Shown piece by piece: positions 60,315 through 64,000 of a DNA stretch of 64,000 bases; the first letter of the stretch is position 1; every line of letters starts with the position of its first letter. The stretch lies in contig JAQGDQ010000260.1 of assembly GCA_030141605.1 (NCBI GenBank), positions 186,001 through 250,000 of the forward strand. Reading direction: 5' to 3'. This DNA comes from Tubiluchus corallicola. Its lineage: Eukaryota; Animalia; Priapulida. The notes beneath the pieces are model-generated. The model saw nothing but the letters and a program-made list of their open reading frames with translations, was not told the DNA's origin and ran no database searches. The position numbers were made by a program, and so were the translations under genes.

Positions 60315-61391
60315 ATGGGCAGTTGTAGGAATTACGAGGCTGTGCTTAAGGATTTCGTCTTTCGAAGATTTAGACTTATTCTGATTTTTACGTGCTTTCT
60401 GTTACTTCTGTCGTATCTGCCAACTCTTTTACCAAAGATTAACTTCAGTACCAGATTTCTTTTCCAACATAAAAATTTAAAGCCAACTGTCGCTGTAGAT
60501 CAACAAAACATATCTGATGCATCAAAATTTGTAATCCCAAATGTTGTGCATTATTTCTGGATTGAACCTGAGCTGGGTAATACTGTCCGTCAAATGCATT
60601 TCTGGAAAATTTTGGGACCAATCAGTGCTTATAAAATTCTCAAACCTGACAGGATTATCCTGCACTGCAGAAAGAAACCTTTTGGGAAGTGGTGGGATGA
60701 AGTGTTTAGGATTGTGCCGATTGACATCGAAATCTTTAAGGAACCGGAAGTTATCTTTGGACAGCCTATCTCTGATTATACTCATCGTACTGATGTGGCA
60801 CGTCTTCAGATCTTAAGAAAACGTGGTGGCATCTCCCTAGATTTGGATGTTGTAGTCCTCAAGCCTTTTGACGATTTACGAGTACATGATTGTGTGCTAG
60901 GAGTAGAAACTGGTGAGAAAAAGAAAACGGTTAATGTCACTAATGCTGGAGTTATATTAGCAAAACCTAATTCGACTTTCTTGAACATGTGGTATGAGGG
61001 TTATAGACGCTACCGTAGTAAGTGTTGGCTGTGTAATGCTGGTAAAGTGCCTAGCCGTATTAGGAAAAAGCGTCCAAGCTTAGTTCACATAGAACCCAAC
61101 ATATGGCATGATACAAGCTTCAAAATTTTTAATAATAACGAATACGTGAATCTAAGTGGCATCTATGCATACCATATGTGGGTTTATTATGGAATGAGGA
61201 AGTATCCAGTTCCAGGCCTGAACTTTGCCAATTTGAGACCAGGGAATATCTATAAATTGAAAAACACATTCGGTGATCTAATTAGAAGATTTTATCTTAA
61301 CAGTTATAGGCGGAAGCGGAAAAAGTCCAAAACCTCTAGTAAGTCTGTTACAACGTTCACAAAATGTAATTTTGGAAACTTCCCAATGTAG
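60315..61391 (+). CDS. GT32-family glycosyltransferase, copy 3, intronless, with an altered DXD context
   Basis: ATG 60315; collinear with copies 1 and 2; the motif reads LRKRGGISLDLD. Confidence 0.9.
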   Translation: MGSCRNYEAVLKDFVFRRFRLILIFTCFLLLLSYLPTLLPKINFSTRFLFQHKNLKPTVAVDQQNISDASKFVIPNVVHYFWIEPELGNTVRQMHFWKILGPISAYKILKPDRIILHCRKKPFGKWWDEVFRIVPIDIEIFKEPEVIFGQPISDYTHRTDVARLQILRKRGGISLDLDVVVLKPFDDLRVHDCVLGVETGEKKKTVNVTNAGVILAKPNSTFLNMWYEGYRRYRSKCWLCNAGKVPSRIRKKRPSLVHIEPNIWHDTSFKIFNNNEYVNLSGIYAYHMWVYYGMRKYPVPGLNFANLRPGNIYKLKNTFGDLIRRFYLNSYRRKRKKSKTSSKSVTTFTKCNFGNFPM

Positions 61392-62231
61392 CTAAGAATA
61401 GATATTTTGTTGTAGGTCCATAATGAGATTAGGTATATATAATGTCATAGGATGTTTTGACAAAATAATGACTTCTTTGTCAAATAAATTAATCTAGTGG
61501 ACGCGCTAAAGACATTTTAGTAAATTCACATTGCTGAAGCATCAGGATTTTATTTAGCATACACACTTGTAATAAGTGTCTTGATTAAGTGCCTTACAGC
61601 CAATTCAGACTAACATGTTTTCTTGCTCGAGTTTTCTCTGTTGGAGAGAACTTTTAAACTTTCCGACAGCTGCTGCGAGTCAGTTTCTTTGGAGCTACTA
61701 TCTAGTGTGAACGCCTCGACGAACTACTCTCGGCGGCTGTAGGTCAAGGGACCACAACGGACAAAGTAAAACCGGTCAAAAGGCAGCCTTTACCATTTTA
61801 AAAGTAGTTAAAGAACCACTAGTTAGGGGGATGACTAAGGACCACCGTTCGCAAGACCAGTAGTGAATGTGCTAAAAGCACTGTCATTTCATGTATTTCA
61901 TTTAATAAAGCGTAACTGATAACTATTGGGGATAATATTTATGACTGATAAATGTCTACTTTTTATTTTATTTTTTCTAAGGAAGTTATGCTTCAACACA
62001 GTTTGGTTGTTGGTTTGTTTGGATAGTTATTTTATGTCTGTAAGCCTATAGCAGTAAGCCTATTATACAAAATCTACCTAAGAGATTTCCATGAAAATTT
62101 ATGGTGAATGCTGGTATAGAGCGCCAAAATGGACGTTTCTGCGCCCGCTTTATTTTTGACATAACGTAACCGAAAACCAGATTTCTGATGGCATTAGTCA
62201 TTAGTCAAAGCATTGTAGATAATTAAAAAGC

Positions 62232-62233
<2 letters not shown>

Positions 62234-62266
<33 letters not shown>

Positions 62267-62291
62267 TGGAAGGTGAAAGAGACAACAAAAG

Positions 62292-62326
<35 letters not shown>

Positions 62327-62340
62327 AAGAAAGAAAGAGA
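62234..62340. repeat. (GA)n microsatellite tracts
   Basis: Two (GA)n runs just upstream of the LINE fragment. Confidence 0.9.
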
Positions 62341-62360
62341 TACACTTTCGTTCTGTCGTT

Positions 62361-63365
62361 CTGCCCTCTTTTGTTTCTTTTCTACGTAAATGATATTACT
62401 CATAATATACAAGGTGACATACGTCTTTTTGCTGACGATACTAATGGATACAGTCACAGACCCGGTAGATTCTGCATTGCGTCTAAATTCCGACCTAGAG
62501 ACCTTGCAGCAATGGCTGATAGATGGTGTATTACCTTTTATCCACAGAAAAGTGAAGTAATGCATTTCACTCGTAAAATCCAGCAACGTCGTCAAATGCC
62601 ACTTTATCTTAATAATATAACTTTAAAACATGTTAATTCTCATAAGCAACCGGGGATATATTTTAGATGTGATGTAAAATGGGAACAACATGTAAACGAG
62701 ATCATCGCATCAGTTCAGCCAAAACTAGGAAGCTTGCGAAGTCTAGCCACTATACTGCCGCGTTCAACTTGTGAATTCTTGTTGAAAACTATTATTTTAC
62801 CCACTTTGGAATACGCTAATATTGTATGGTCTGGACTCGGTTGTAATGTTGAAACATTGTTTGATAATGTTCAGTTGAGTGTTGTACCGTTGCTATGTCA
62901 GGTTCCCATCATTCAAATCTTTTGTTCGAAGCAGGACTGGACCCCCTTTTCTAAGCGCTTCTAATATTTATGTACTTTTTACTACCTTTTAATATTCTGC
63001 CTCCTCGTGTAAGGGCTATTACAATGTATCCAATCCGTCATAATGAAAACTTTGCTAATTACAGCTGCCACTCAACTGAATTTGTTAATTCTTTTTTTCT
63101 TGCTTCAGTTAAGTGATGGAATAATTTACCTCTTGATATCCGTAATTTCAACTCTTTAAACATCTTTAAATCATGACTAAAGAATCACGTGTTTTAATAA
63201 GCGGCCTACTTACTTTTCAAGTGGTACTCGAAATTCATCTGTACACCAGACTAGAAGGAGACTTGTTTTTTTGTCAACCTAATTATGATTTGTACCTTAG
63301 AAAATGTAAGTTTTTCAATAAAATAATAAATAAATAAATAAGCAAACAAATAAATAATTTAATAA
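62361..63365 (+). mobile_element. 5'-truncated, decayed non-LTR retrotransposon (CR1/L2-like reverse transcriptase C-terminus)
   Basis: PLLFLFYVNDI....IRLFADDT (RT catalytic motif), then W.ITF.PQKSEVMHF, W.QHVN.I, ILPTLEYA.IVW; frameshifts; ends in a (TAAA)n tail at ~63318-63365. Confidence 0.9.
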
Positions 63366-63726
63366 AAAAGTAAAAAGTTTATGTAATACTAATTCACCAT
63401 CAAACGTCGAGTAGTTATCACAAACAAAAGCGTTTATTGTCTTTAAGGTCAATTCAGACCGACCGTTTAAGTAGTTTTAACAAATTGTCGAGTAGGCAGT
63501 TTCTAAAATAAAAATATGAGAAGGCAAGGCATCTCTTTATGTCTCGGCTAACGGTTTCGTAACCTGTAGGCCTACGTTTCTACTCGAACAATTCTATTTT
63601 AGGCTTATATTGATAACCAACATTGCTATAGTTAAACACACGAAGTGATATTTGTTATACAGAATAAAAGACTTAATACGCTAAAAATAAATACCGCTAG
63701 TTTTAATTGATATTAATTACTAACAA

Positions 63727-64000
63727 CTAGACTTTTTCTTCATAGGCCCACTTCTTTAAAACAACGGATAAAGTACGCAACCATGAAAGCATCGGTTTAC
63801 AATCATATATACAAGCTTTTAAAATATTAAATATTTTTTTAAAAACAAATCTAGGCACAACTGTCATCCCAGACCTATCATTAATTAATTCACTTCGCAT
63901 GAAATCTAGGTATGTACAACCTACATTTAAAAAGAGCCCGGAAGCACTATTTATGCAATGGAATCCCTGTCTGTAACAGTTGAACACATGCAACTCACGA
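63727..64000 (-). CDS. Possible 3' end of an unidentified ORF that continues beyond the window
   Basis: Open frame of ~90 codons running from the window edge to a stop at 63727; no motif recognised. Confidence 0.2.
   Translation of the reverse strand, partial: RELHVFNCYRQGFHCINSASGLFLNVGCTYLDFMRSELINDRSGMTVVPRFVFKKIFNILKACIYDCKPMLSWLRTLSVVLKKWAYEEKV

Noticed and set aside
51285-61391. Recent bacterial horizontal transfer or contamination as the source of the intronless GT32 genes
   Set aside because: The genes encode a eukaryote-style type II membrane anchor, have host-like composition, are interleaved with host-type MITEs and show no operon structure. An ancient transfer cannot be excluded without a phylogeny.
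62263-62964. 233-aa ORF as a host gene
   Set aside because: Fusion of a (GA)n translation with a decayed LINE reverse-transcriptase fragment.

Overview
AT-rich, intron-rich eukaryotic DNA, most likely from an invertebrate animal; the species cannot be determined from the sequence. Hand-built gene models, left to right: (1) last two exons of TMBIM4/lifeguard-4 (+, to 1806); (2) a 19-coding-exon gene (-, 23300 to 2637) for a ~988-aa protein of eight EF-hand-pair-like repeats, probably a CFAP115/FAP115-like ciliary protein; (3) an hnRNP A/B-family gene (+, 26094-36969, plus a 3' UTR exon) with two tandem paralogous RRM1 exons; (4) a secreted single IGF-binding-domain gene (+, 42011-45094) that needs a GC-AG intron; (5) three tandem intronless GT32 glycosyltransferase genes. 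Also present: a decayed hAT/Buster transposon, many MITEs, a 5'-truncated LINE, minisatellites and microsatellites. The most unusual signal is in the EF-hand gene, where three exon-intron junctions have been tandemly duplicated. Two became minisatellites (52-bp and 32-bp units) whose units read GT...AG on the sense strand, giving arrays of decoy or possibly recursive splice sites. All models were derived by eye and need RNA-seq confirmation.
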